Under the pieces are notes generated by a model. That model ran no database searches, was not told the DNA's origin, and saw only the letters and a program-made list of their open reading frames with translations. This document shows, piece by piece, positions 9,852 through 19,249 of a stretch of 28,872 nt of DNA. Made by a program: the position numbers and the translations under genes. Positions within the stretch are counted from its first letter, which is position 1. Each line of letters starts with the position of its first letter. Origin of the DNA: Myxococcota bacterium (lineage in GTDB: Bacteria > Myxococcota_A > Bradymonadia > UBA7976 > UBA1532); the NCBI GenBank assembly GCA_036337435.1, contig JAYZEG010000053.1, positions 1 through 28,872 on the forward strand. The letters are read 5' to 3'.

Positions 9852-11878
9852 AAACTGACGCCCGGCCGTGCTCTTAAGTCGAGCATTAAGGGCATGGTGC
9901 CTGTGAATTCATCTAGCGTTTTGTTTCCATATAGAAGCGAATAGGTCGCGTAATTACGATACATGCGCTTGACGTAATTTCTGGCCTCCTTAAAGGGGAT
10001 CCGTTCCACAAACTCGTCCAACGGGGCCTTCTCCTGCGCCCCTATCCACTGAAGGACAGCCTTTGGACCCGCATTGTAGGCCGCAGCAACCAAAGACACT
10101 TGGCTCCGAAATCGGTGCTGAATCGCCGATATATACCAAGCACCAAGCCTCACGTTGATCGCTGGAGACAATAAATGTCCCCCAGTCCAACCCTGACTCT
10201 GAATGGATGGTAGGCCATCCCTGAGAAACGCCTTGGAGGCCATGACAAGCTGGCCGGTTCTGGGCAAAAGCTGCATCAAGCCAAGAGCATTAGCATGACT
10301 AATGGCCTTTTCCTCAAACAAGGACTCCTTCCGTATGAAACTGTAGAGAAGGGCTTCGTCAACCCCGTTGCGCATGCCTTCCTTGGACACCAGGTCGGCA
10401 TACCCTCTCGGATAGGCCTGCTGCCACAGGCGTATACTTTCTGGATTTGGTACCCCCCTCAGAAATTGCGTTCCTCCTCTCAGCGTCTCCTTGATCGCCA
10501 AATCATAGGCGCCGGCCCCCAAAGCTGCAGCCCCCAGCTCGCGGCCGAGTCCGCTCGCCCGCATACGCGCGCCGAAGTGAATCATCGCCTGCCGAGCAAA
10601 ATCACGTAGACCAATCGCAGCAAGTCGTTTTACAAATGCAATTTGCTTTCGAGCTCCACTGCCGATTCGACGCTCGGGTGTCCGAGCCCTCCCCGATGTT
10701 CGCCCAGACGTCGGCCGATACCCTTGACGATGAAGTAGAAGACCATACCAATCCAATCGTCCATCATCTAAAAGCACTCGGGCAAGGCTTGCCGCAGCAC
10801 CCTCATCAAATGACCTCAACGCCTGAATCCGCCAGTATGACGCACGCCGCCGGTCATCACGTTTAAGACCTTTCAGACGCTCGTAAACGTCAAAGCCCCC
10901 CGCTGCTGCTACTTTGTCTCCCATTAAATAGCGGCACCAGGCCGAATACCACGAAGCCTGCCTTGACCAAGCTGGCCCTTTAATCGCCAAGAACCCATGC
11001 AGTGCTTGATTAAACCGCTCGTGTTCATAGAGCAAAAACGCTTTAAAGAACTCCGCATCGGCCACAAACTGCCCCGCGGGGAAGCGCGACAGGTAAGCAT
11101 CATACGCCGCAACGGACTCGGCAACGCGGCCGAGACGGCCCAAAGCCTTGGCAGACCGGTAGCATCCTTCATCCGCTATTGGCTCATTGGAACGACAAAT
11201 GATCTCAAAATCCGCAAGCGCAGCATCCGTTTGACGTCGCACGAACTTGTAACGGATTTTTGCGCGGTTCAAGCGGACTTCTAGGCCGCCGCCCCCATCC
11301 AAGCGGCCGCTCAATAACTCAACGGCCTGTCCATACTCCATGATCCCAACCAGTTCACTCGCATCGGCTAAGACGTCCGCATCACTTTTTGTCCGGCCGA
11401 CGCTTAATTCTTGAGAGCCCGAACTCTCTTGTTTGCCGCAGACCCCGTTTAATTTCGCCAAAAACTGCCGGTATTGCAGCCGGCCACTCCAGCGCGTGAG
11501 CCGCTTGTTAGACGTCATGAGTTCGAGCGCTTTCGGGCAATCTAAGTCCGCAAGGGCTTGGGCAAGCACCCATTTTGCGGGCCATTCCCACAACTCGCTT
11601 TTGCTGAGTACTTTTTCCGCAAGCAATCGCCCTCGCGGTGCCTGTTTTGACTCGACGTACATGGATGCGCGAAGAAGATCGAGCGCATGCCGAACCTCCG
11701 GATTTTGAACTGGCGCGCGTGCTAATAGGGTCAGGGCTTCTGCCTGCCCACTGCGGTATGAATCGACCGCCTTCTTCAATTGACGATCCGCATCGACCGG
11801 CTTTGCCTGAAGTGGCAGAATGGCGGCCGTCAAAATGACAGCTGCAGCAGCAGAAAGATTAATTTTGACGAAGCGCAT
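9848..11878 (-). CDS. Soluble lytic transglycosylase (SLT domain) with N-terminal TPR-like helical repeats
   Basis: Signal peptide; IRKESLF (catalytic Glu), ALGLMQLLP, AAYNAGP and IPFKEARNYVKR. Confidence 0.9.
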   Translation of the reverse strand: MRFVKINLSAAAAVILTAAILPLQAKPVDADRQLKKAVDSYRSGQAEALTLLARAPVQNPEVRHALDLLRASMYVESKQAPRGRLLAEKVLSKSELWEWPAKWVLAQALADLDCPKALELMTSNKRLTRWSGRLQYRQFLAKLNGVCGKQESSGSQELSVGRTKSDADVLADASELVGIMEYGQAVELLSGRLDGGGGLEVRLNRAKIRYKFVRRQTDAALADFEIICRSNEPIADEGCYRSAKALGRLGRVAESVAAYDAYLSRFPAGQFVADAEFFKAFLLYEHERFNQALHGFLAIKGPAWSRQASWYSAWCRYLMGDKVAAAGGFDVYERLKGLKRDDRRRASYWRIQALRSFDEGAAASLARVLLDDGRLDWYGLLLHRQGYRPTSGRTSGRARTPERRIGSGARKQIAFVKRLAAIGLRDFARQAMIHFGARMRASGLGRELGAAALGAGAYDLAIKETLRGGTQFLRGVPNPESIRLWQQAYPRGYADLVSKEGMRNGVDEALLYSFIRKESLFEEKAISHANALGLMQLLPRTGQLVMASKAFLRDGLPSIQSQGWTGGHLLSPAINVRLGAWYISAIQHRFRSQVSLVAAAYNAGPKAVLQWIGAQEKAPLDEFVERIPFKEARNYVKRMYRNYATYSLLYGNKTLDEFTGTMPLMLDLRARPGVSF

Positions 11879-12827
11879 CGATCACCTCGCTTAGATCGGC
11901 TGGCAAAGGACTCTCGAAAGATAAATGCTCACCCGTCACAGGATGCTGAAACCCAAGTCGTCCCGCGTGAAGGGCTTGACGCTGAAGACCAAGTTCAAAT
12001 CCCAGGATGCGCAAGGCACTCACCTGGTCGACGCGTCGTCTAATTCCATATGTTTGGTCGCCAACCAAGGGAAACCCATATTCGCTAAAGTGCACCCGAA
12101 TTTGATGTGTCCGACCTGTTTCCAAACGAACGCTCACCTTTGAACAGGGGCCCAAACGCTCCTCGATAATCCAGTCAGTTACGGCTTGCTTGCCCCCCTG
12201 AACACGAGACGTAAACTTTCGCCGGTCGCGATCATGACGCCCATAAAAGGTTTTCAGTCGGCCTTCAGCAGCCAAGCCTTTGTCCCAGATTAAGGCTGTA
12301 TAGACACGCTCGACACTATGTTCTGCAAACTGTGTACTCAAACCATAATGAGCGGCCTCATCCAATGCGAACACCAGCAGGCCGGATGTCCCCTTATCTA
12401 TCCTGTGGACAACACCGGGCCTGTCGGGCAGCCCTATGGGAGAAAGCCGCGTGTATTGATGAATCAAGCCGTTGATCAAGGTGCCATCCGGGTTCCCTGC
12501 ACCTGGATGCACGACCAAGCCCGCTGGCTTGTCGACCACGACCAGCCAACGGTCCTCATAAACAATGTCAAGGCCCATTGGCTGTGGCATTAAATCAACA
12601 GCGGGGGCATCCGGGACACCAACCTCGACCACATCTCCGGATACTAATCGATACTTCGCCCGGGCGCATGCTCCGTTCACACGGACGTTCCCCGACACGA
12701 TGAGCGCAGCCAAGCGTGTCCGACTCCGGTCAGGGATCGCCTCAGCGAGAAATTTATCGAGCCGCTTACCCTGATCTCGAGTGTCGGCTACAAGACGAAC
12801 CTCCTGGACTGACATCCTCCAGGTCAC
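11859..12827 (-). CDS. rluD: 23S rRNA pseudouridine synthase RluD (RluA family, S4 domain)
   Basis: RLDKFLA..SRTRL S4 domain, KPAGLVVHPGAG, VHRIDKGTSG, ETGRTHQIRVH and RQALHA. Confidence 0.9.
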   Translation of the reverse strand: MTWRMSVQEVRLVADTRDQGKRLDKFLAEAIPDRSRTRLAALIVSGNVRVNGACARAKYRLVSGDVVEVGVPDAPAVDLMPQPMGLDIVYEDRWLVVVDKPAGLVVHPGAGNPDGTLINGLIHQYTRLSPIGLPDRPGVVHRIDKGTSGLLVFALDEAAHYGLSTQFAEHSVERVYTALIWDKGLAAEGRLKTFYGRHDRDRRKFTSRVQGGKQAVTDWIIEERLGPCSKVSVRLETGRTHQIRVHFSEYGFPLVGDQTYGIRRRVDQVSALRILGFELGLQRQALHAGRLGFQHPVTGEHLSFESPLPADLSEVIDALRQN

Positions 12828-13093
12828 CCATTTTCTTGGGCTGCTGTAAGGGCGCGATATAGCAACACATCGACCAGAGCACGCCCTAAAAAATCGTGTT
12901 GTTTAGCAACATCCGGAGAGACGCGAGTCGAAAAGTGCCTTCGCCCTTCCTCGATCTGCTCCGCCAGAACCTCAAATACAGTGTCGTTCGCGAGGCCTTC
13001 GGCCACTAAACCCGGATTGTAAATCAAGATATCAGACGCGATTGTACGCGCCAGGCGCATGGCGGCAGTTGGCCGTGTGATAAGTCTCTGCAA
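12824..13093 (-). CDS. Small helical hypothetical protein (RLARTIASDILIYN motif)
   Basis: 89 aa; TTG start preceded by AGGAGA; stop overlaps the rluD start (GTGA). It resembles, from memory, a small conserved deltaproteobacterial domain. Confidence 0.75.
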   Translation of the reverse strand: MQRLITRPTAAMRLARTIASDILIYNPGLVAEGLANDTVFEVLAEQIEEGRRHFSTRVSPDVAKQHDFLGRALVDVLLYRALTAAQENG

Positions 13094-13120
13094 CGGCGTT
13101 CTCCTAACAGCAGTCTTCGT

Positions 13121-13149
13121 AACCTAATCGAACCGAGAACATGAAACAA
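13121..13149 (-). promoter_or_regulatory. Putative sigma70-type promoter for the small ORF/rluD/slt genes
   Basis: Minus strand TTGTTT-N17-TAGGTT in the 68-bp gap, upstream of an AGGAGA SD. Confidence 0.4.
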
Positions 13150-13161
13150 GCACCCTAGGCC

Positions 13162-14640
13162 TCATGGATTCAGCGTGCGCTGCAGGGCAACAACTCGATG
13201 ATCTTTAATCGGCATCTTGAGTGGTAAAGGCACTGCCTTGCGGACACGTCGGATGATAGCACCTTCAAACGGTGTGCCCACCTGTCCGTCGATGGTCTCA
13301 AGCCTATCTTCTCCATATTCGGCAGCTGGAACCGAGTGAGCAATCGTGAAAGTTTGGCGCGCGGACGCGTTCGACTTAACAAACCAGATGCGTGTGTCGG
13401 CCAAGCCCAAAAGGCATATTTGAGCTCCCCTGGCACTGATTAGACTGGAGTGACCGCCCGAATAATCAACAACTGAATCGCCGCCACGAATCGAGACACT
13501 CGATACTCTCGTTAATGCGATTTGCTGTGTATCGTCCGCCGAAACGATAATCGAGGTTGCCGCGTCACCAATGAGGACATCATCGGTCGAAGGAAGGCAA
13601 AGGGACACCGCAGCCCAAATACACACCCCGACAGAGAAGATCACCAACCGCCTGCGAGCCAGGATAGCAAACACGCCCAATCCGAGGACGGCAAACCAAG
13701 GCCATAGGCCAAGCGGATTTCGCCTTTCCGTTTCAATCGAATGGTTGTTGACCAGCCATTCTTCTGCCATGCGAACCGCTGCACGCTCTGACTCAAGGAT
13801 GGCCGCGGCCAGCTGGCTTCCCGCGAGGGGCTGCAACGGAAGCCCGACAAGCCTTAACTGGCCAAGCCCAATGGCCTTGTACGCCGCCACAACTCGTTTC
13901 TTGGCCTGCAAAAGCGAACCATCAAAGGACTTCAAATTAAGCGCGTAGTGGCTCAGTTCCACTCGCCCTTGACCCAGATCGACCGTTTCCGGTCTTACCC
14001 TTCCTTCGAACGTAACACCAAAGGACCGTCGCAGACTCTCCGCTGCCTCTTGGGAAAAGGGGGCAGTAACAACAAGATTGAGACCGCCAGCAATCGCCAA
14101 TTTGGTCACCCGCTTTTGCTCGTCGGACAACCCGGCCCACTGAATACCGGTCAACAAAACAATGGAGGCCGATTGAAGAACGCTGAAAACAGCTGGATAG
14201 CCTCTTAAGTCAAACGGGATAGAACGCCAATCCCCTTCGGCCTTCTTTAAAATGCGCCCGACGTCCGTTCGGTGATCAAGCGTGTCTGCGACGTAAACCA
14301 GGGCCGCCCCGTCGGCACTGTCGTCGCGCGCCGCATCGGGTTGAGCGTCATCGGCTGAATGGCCGAATAGGGAAAGGCGAGTCCCATCTTTTTTCAACTT
14401 TTTGGCACATTGTGTCCATGCGTCTGCCGACTGAAGACCACCTAATTGATAATCAGCGGCGACGAGGTCTGGCGTCTTAAATCCAATGGAGATTGGTGAT
14501 GCCGACGAATTTCCGATCTTGATAAAATCGAAGCCTGGAGTAATTTCGGTCGAATCGGCACTGGGAAAAGCCATCAGGGCAAGCCAAAGCAACACGACGC
14601 AGCTACACCTATTTCGGACTGGACTGAGACGCGAGGGCAC
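13162..14640 (-). CDS. Exported/membrane-anchored hypothetical protein, possibly with a class I glutamine-amidotransferase-like (non-catalytic) domain
   Basis: N-terminal hydrophobic signal; two TM helices near residues 310-350; segment IVLLTGIQWAGLSDEQKRVTKLAIAGGLNLVVT fits the 'Ls..Q...l...v..GG.Lvv' pattern. Start uncertain. Confidence 0.6.
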   Translation of the reverse strand: MPSRLSPVRNRCSCVVLLWLALMAFPSADSTEITPGFDFIKIGNSSASPISIGFKTPDLVAADYQLGGLQSADAWTQCAKKLKKDGTRLSLFGHSADDAQPDAARDDSADGAALVYVADTLDHRTDVGRILKKAEGDWRSIPFDLRGYPAVFSVLQSASIVLLTGIQWAGLSDEQKRVTKLAIAGGLNLVVTAPFSQEAAESLRRSFGVTFEGRVRPETVDLGQGRVELSHYALNLKSFDGSLLQAKKRVVAAYKAIGLGQLRLVGLPLQPLAGSQLAAAILESERAAVRMAEEWLVNNHSIETERRNPLGLWPWFAVLGLGVFAILARRRLVIFSVGVCIWAAVSLCLPSTDDVLIGDAATSIIVSADDTQQIALTRVSSVSIRGGDSVVDYSGGHSSLISARGAQICLLGLADTRIWFVKSNASARQTFTIAHSVPAAEYGEDRLETIDGQVGTPFEGAIIRRVRKAVPLPLKMPIKDHRVVALQRTLNP

Positions 14641-15703
14641 GATTCAAGGTAATGACTGCACGTGCAGTTACGAGAATCGGGTTCCCCTCCCAATAGCGCT
14701 TGTTGCTATTGACCCATGACCCGTCTTTCTTTTGAAGAAAGAGCATTCGTTTTATGAGATCTTTCGACCAAATTCGATCCCGCCCCTTCTCGTCTGGCAC
14801 CGCAGCCCGCCCGTACGTGTGCAATGCTTCAGCCGCCGTCTGTAAATAGTAGTAGTAGCTCGTCGTCTCCATTCCCGGATGAATGGTGAAGTCGTAGTTT
14901 TTTCTGATCCACTCCCAAACAGCGAGAACACGAGGGTCGTCCTTTTTGGCTCTTGTTAAAATGAGGCTCTTGAGCCCTGCGAAGGTGAGTGCTCCGTAGC
15001 TATTAGTGCCGCCAGCCGGGTTGTCGACCTGAGGCGCGTAGACGAAGCCGCCATCGTTGCCGGCCCAAGGCTGATCATTGGACTCACTGCGATTCTGGCA
15101 TCGCGTAACAAACTTTTGGGCCTTCGCCCAGACGTCGCTATCGGGATCATAATCTGTCTTCTGTAGTGCCTCCAACGCGTATTGAAGATTGGACAAGTCA
15201 GGCCTTTCGTCACCCCCATAACCGATCCCTCCATAGAATTTATCGCTTTCGCGATACTTTCTATCCTCATCGCTTTGAAACCGAACAAGAAAATCCTGGC
15301 CCGCCTTGACCTGCTTCGCGAAACGCACTTTGTCGACCGCATTTAGGGCTGTGATCGCCAGCGCAGTATTGTACGTTGGCGTCGCATCCCCCGTGATGGC
15401 ACCATCCGTGCGTGCCTGCTTTGCAACCCAGTCTGCGGCAAGCCGTATAAACGGCCCGTCATCATAACGATATTTTCGGTGACTCTCAGCAAACGCGACC
15501 AAAGTCATCGCCGTCATGCCAACATGCCCGCCGTAGGAGCCATCATCTGACTGTTTCCCCCTCAAGACTCGCACGCCGCGGTCGACCGCCTTCTTTGCTT
15601 TCGAAACAAGTTCAGGCGACAACCCTCCAGGGGTCTCTGCAAACGCCGTTGCAGACATGCAGACGACCATGCCAGCGACCAGCATCTTCTTCAGACCATT
15701 CAT
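14609..15703 (-). CDS. Exported prenyltransferase/squalene-cyclase repeat (alpha/alpha barrel) protein
   Basis: Signal peptide ...SATAFA-ET; QW-like repeats KQSDDGSY, KQARTDGAI, NDGGFVY and LQKKDGSW; no DxDD motif. Confidence 0.8.
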   Translation of the reverse strand: MNGLKKMLVAGMVVCMSATAFAETPGGLSPELVSKAKKAVDRGVRVLRGKQSDDGSYGGHVGMTAMTLVAFAESHRKYRYDDGPFIRLAADWVAKQARTDGAITGDATPTYNTALAITALNAVDKVRFAKQVKAGQDFLVRFQSDEDRKYRESDKFYGGIGYGGDERPDLSNLQYALEALQKTDYDPDSDVWAKAQKFVTRCQNRSESNDQPWAGNDGGFVYAPQVDNPAGGTNSYGALTFAGLKSLILTRAKKDDPRVLAVWEWIRKNYDFTIHPGMETTSYYYYLQTAAEALHTYGRAAVPDEKGRDRIWSKDLIKRMLFLQKKDGSWVNSNKRYWEGNPILVTARAVITLNRALASQSSPK

Positions 15704-16422
15704 GTGTCTATCCTCTTTTTTACTGCCGGATTAATAGGCTTTAGTACAAACCATCCAACCGAAACAACAGCAAGCACAAAATAAATTCCGGCGCCAAAAC
15801 GCCAAGAGATCGGCATCACCCAAGAACCGCTCCAAAGTGTCCCTTTGTAGACCACCACATCCTGAAGATGGGGAAGAGACCAGGCTGTCATCAAACACAG
15901 AGCGGGATGTACGGCTGCACTGTACGAAGCAACATACGGTGTCATCGACGTACTGTTGAACCAAAAGCCAATGATTAATGGTGCAAGAACGAACATTGCC
16001 ATGAGGGCCGAGAACCGAATCCATGCCAACGCTGGGTGAAAAAACCGATATTCGCAAAGCTCAAAGCTGCTCACAACCAAGAGACTCCATGCCAGTGAAC
16101 ACAAGAAACCCTCGAGAGCAAATGGACTGACAACTGCGGCATAGACGAAACAATGGATACTATTGAACATCCAATCTAACAGTCTAATGCGTCTCAGGCC
16201 CGGGTACGACGCCGCGACCAATAGCCAACCTTCATTGATACGACGGTCACCTCTACCTGCAACCAAAGCTGGCAGAATCAGGCTGTACGCCAGTGCCCAC
16301 CACGCTCTTGACCCACCCATTGGTGGTGCCAGAACTAAAAATCCAATCGCCAAAGATGCCCCCAAAAGCAGTCCCAGCGATTCAGAAGCAACTTCTCGCT
16401 TGGCAACACGCCCTAAAGTCAT
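15700..16422 (-). CDS. Polytopic membrane protein of unknown function
   Basis: About 6-7 hydrophobic segments; ATGA overlap with the downstream gene. Confidence 0.7.
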   Translation of the reverse strand: MTLGRVAKREVASESLGLLLGASLAIGFLVLAPPMGGSRAWWALAYSLILPALVAGRGDRRINEGWLLVAASYPGLRRIRLLDWMFNSIHCFVYAAVVSPFALEGFLCSLAWSLLVVSSFELCEYRFFHPALAWIRFSALMAMFVLAPLIIGFWFNSTSMTPYVASYSAAVHPALCLMTAWSLPHLQDVVVYKGTLWSGSWVMPISWRFGAGIYFVLAVVSVGWFVLKPINPAVKKRIDT

Positions 16423-16438
16423 CTCATGCCCACCAAGA

Positions 16439-17629
16439 TTACGCCGAAGACCTTACGAGAACAGCAACCGTTTCAAGATGACCGGTGTGCGGAAAAAGAT
16501 CGAATCCGTCAAGACTCTCCAGACGCCATCCTTCGATCACCAGATTCTCAAGATCTCGAAAAAGTGTATTCAAGTCGCACGAAACGTAGACTAAAAGTCG
16601 AGCCCCCGCTGCCTGAGCCGCCGCCCCAATATTTTTGAATCCTGTCCTCGGGGGGTCGACCAAAAGTACATCTGCGGAGAGACTCTCCCCTAACGTATCG
16701 GCGTTACCCACCCGCGCGGACAGCTGATCAGCAAAGCCCAACTGTGCAGCGCGTTGCTTAAGCCGCTCGACAGACGACGCATCTAACTCGATTGCGTGCA
16801 CCCGGCACCCTTGTTCCAGGAGGCGAAATGTGAAATTCCCCGCCCCACAAAAAAGTTCCAGCACAGCCGCGTCGGGCCCGATCAAACCCACCACATGGTC
16901 AACCAGCTCTCGATTCCCCTGCTGATGAGCCTGGACGAATCCATGAGCAGGATAAACCGCCAGGCCTGGATCCATCATGTTGCTGCATTCGCCTAACTCG
17001 ACAACTCGATTTGGCATGCCCAGGTGGACTCCATGAACATGACCGATCTGAAACAGCGCCTCGGCCAAAATAACCAAGGCCTTGTCCGACACCTTCGAAT
17101 CGATGGCAACGGTTCCACTGTCCTTACCCAAGGAGGCCGTCAACCGCGCGACAAAAGGCGTCCGAACCGAAAGGGACTCAACACAAGACTTGAGGGCTCC
17201 AAAAAGCCTATCAACCATCGGCGTAAGAACTGGGCACGTCTCGAGCCCAATGACTCGATGACTTTTATAACCCATAAAGCCAACCACCCCGTCCCGACAA
17301 TGAACCCGTGCTGTCGACCGCCACGCTCGATTCGAGAAACGCTTGATGGGCCCCATGGCAACATCCATTTTGCCGTATCGCTGTAACCGATCAACTCTAC
17401 GAGCCAACTCGGCCTCTAAACTCACATGCTGAGTCGCGATTGGGATAGCCTGCCAGGGACAGCCTCCGCACTCTTCGAAAGCGGTACAAAAGGGCTCCAC
17501 GGCGCTATCCCCAGGCGTCCGCTTGATGATTTTACCCTTCGCGAACCTCTTCTTCACTTCGGTAATTTCAACAGCAATTCGGTCGCTCGGTGCGGCACCT
17601 CGGACAAAGACAATGCGGCCATCAGGCAA
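16439..17629 (-). CDS. rlmD: 23S rRNA m5U methyltransferase, RlmD/TrmA family with TRAM domain; the true N-terminus probably extends to about 17692
   Basis: TRAM-like DGRIVFVRGAAPSD, Fe-S motif C-x5-CGGC, ELFCGAGNF SAM motif, VDPPRTG, YVSC and DLFPHTGHLE. Confidence 0.88.
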   Translation of the reverse strand: MPDGRIVFVRGAAPSDRIAVEITEVKKRFAKGKIIKRTPGDSAVEPFCTAFEECGGCPWQAIPIATQHVSLEAELARRVDRLQRYGKMDVAMGPIKRFSNRAWRSTARVHCRDGVVGFMGYKSHRVIGLETCPVLTPMVDRLFGALKSCVESLSVRTPFVARLTASLGKDSGTVAIDSKVSDKALVILAEALFQIGHVHGVHLGMPNRVVELGECSNMMDPGLAVYPAHGFVQAHQQGNRELVDHVVGLIGPDAAVLELFCGAGNFTFRLLEQGCRVHAIELDASSVERLKQRAAQLGFADQLSARVGNADTLGESLSADVLLVDPPRTGFKNIGAAAQAAGARLLVYVSCDLNTLFRDLENLVIEGWRLESLDGFDLFPHTGHLETVAVLVRSSA

Positions 17630-17699
17630 TCGGCCGATGACATCGCCTCCGATGGCAGGCCTCAGGACATCAACGGAGAAAACCGCACCAATAGAGACT

Positions 17700-18302
17700 C
17701 TATTCTTGGAAACGTTGATAGGGGGGCCCCAGTCTTACATCAAAATCAAAACGGCCTTGGATGAAGCCCAGGACCGTACCAGCACCGTCTCCGCGCCCAT
17801 CTCGTATCTCAACCCCGATAATCCGGCCAGTGACACGAGTCCCTTTTGATACACCAAATCTGTCGAAAAGAATCTGTCCTGTCAGTTCAAAATTCTGGGT
17901 CGAGCCCGCGCAGGTGTCAAACAGGCCGAGGGCACCGCGGATATTTTCATCTTGTCCGACCGGCAAAGGCTCCCCCAGCCGACCACGCAACAACCGAGTG
18001 TCTCTGATCTGAAAGAGGACCCCATCGGTCAAAGCGAAATCCGTTCCACCTTTTTGCAGACGAATTGTTGCACTGTGATCTGGATATGCCTGCATGGCCA
18101 CAAAAGTCACATCGAGTCGAAACGCCTGACAGTCTTCAATCGCGACCGAATCGGAGCAGGTGAAATCCTTAACAGACCCGTCCTCACAATCGGGTATCGC
18201 CAAACTCCCATAAACGTCACCGTCCATTCGAGTGTCACCGCAGGCTACGAATCCCAAAATCCATGAGATCGCGAGCCAGATTGGGATGCCGCACCTAGGC
18301 AC
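17700..18302 (-). CDS. Hypothetical lipoprotein
   Basis: Hydrophobic leader ending FVAC-G (lipobox); beta-rich mature part with several Cys; overlaps the upstream gene stop. Confidence 0.7.
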   Translation of the reverse strand: MPRCGIPIWLAISWILGFVACGDTRMDGDVYGSLAIPDCEDGSVKDFTCSDSVAIEDCQAFRLDVTFVAMQAYPDHSATIRLQKGGTDFALTDGVLFQIRDTRLLRGRLGEPLPVGQDENIRGALGLFDTCAGSTQNFELTGQILFDRFGVSKGTRVTGRIIGVEIRDGRGDGAGTVLGFIQGRFDFDVRLGPPYQRFQE

Positions 18303-19167
18303 GCCTCACCTCTGGGCTCGCTGACGTAAGAATGTGACTGAGCTCGTCTGCCGCGTTGCAGCAGTCCATGATTGGACAGCCGCCTATCAACTCGGTGCAC
18401 CCTCGATGCGTATACACGTTACAGGCAGAGCATTTGTGAGGCTCGCCTTCGATACGATAAGAGCAAACCGGACATTCATCTACCGCGCGGGCGACCTCCC
18501 CTGCTTTCTTCATGGCCGTGGCCAAGTCCGCTAAATTGAGGGACAGCCGCCGGAGTGCATCAACGAGGGAGGGTCCAATATGTTGCACGGCTGCTCCGAC
18601 CTTCCAGTTGCGGGGCGTATCGGCGCGCAGCAAAATCTGCGAATTGGCCAGAACGACTTCAATGCTATCAGCACCACAGTTCGCTTGTAGATGCTGCAAT
18701 GCCTCGCGAGTCGGCTTATGCCTCAGCAGCCATCGCAGCAGATTTTCATCGGTCGTCTCGATGCTGTAATCCCTCAAGTATTCCGGATCTTCAGCAAACA
18801 GCTCAACCGGCCGAAGGCCCGGCGTGCGCCATCGAAGGTGCGGCTGCGGCGGACAGCAGAGACGGGCTGCAAAGCCAAAATCTTTGCTTTGATAAGCCCG
18901 AAGTTCGACTCGCCAACGCCGCCAACCAGCGCCCCGAGTCGCCCGACCTCTTGCTTCGCCGTCTGGCAATTCAAAACGCACGATAGGCGACGCGCCGCGG
19001 CCCCAAGTCACATGGCACGTTCCGCCGACGAGACGGGCCCACGTCCAAAAACCAACATCTCGAGAGCCGGACTGATGCCCAAAAGTCTCGAGACTAACCA
19101 CAGCAAGAGGGACGATTAAAAATGCGCCTAAAGCAAGGGCGACAAGCCAAAACATTGCTAAAGTCAC
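18295..19167 (-). CDS. Membrane-anchored protein with C-terminal C4HC3 zinc finger (prokaryotic RING-like)
   Basis: N-terminal TM helix; C-x2-C-x10-C-x2-C-x4-H-x2-C-x6-C-x4-C at 18358-18474; GTG start. Confidence 0.72.
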   Translation of the reverse strand: MTLAMFWLVALALGAFLIVPLAVVSLETFGHQSGSRDVGFWTWARLVGGTCHVTWGRGASPIVRFELPDGEARGRATRGAGWRRWRVELRAYQSKDFGFAARLCCPPQPHLRWRTPGLRPVELFAEDPEYLRDYSIETTDENLLRWLLRHKPTREALQHLQANCGADSIEVVLANSQILLRADTPRNWKVGAAVQHIGPSLVDALRRLSLNLADLATAMKKAGEVARAVDECPVCSYRIEGEPHKCSACNVYTHRGCTELIGGCPIMDCCNAADELSHILTSASPEVRRA

Positions 19168-19249
19168 CTCCCCTGGGTTACCAATAAAGAAACAACAAGC
19201 AAAGGTTCGCTCCTTGCTTCGTGTTTAACACCGCCGCACTCGGACGTCT

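Noticed and set aside
14609..15703. Squalene-hopene cyclase / hopanoid gene cluster
   Set aside because: Only 364 aa, has a signal peptide, lacks DxDD, and there are no hpn or isoprenoid genes nearby.
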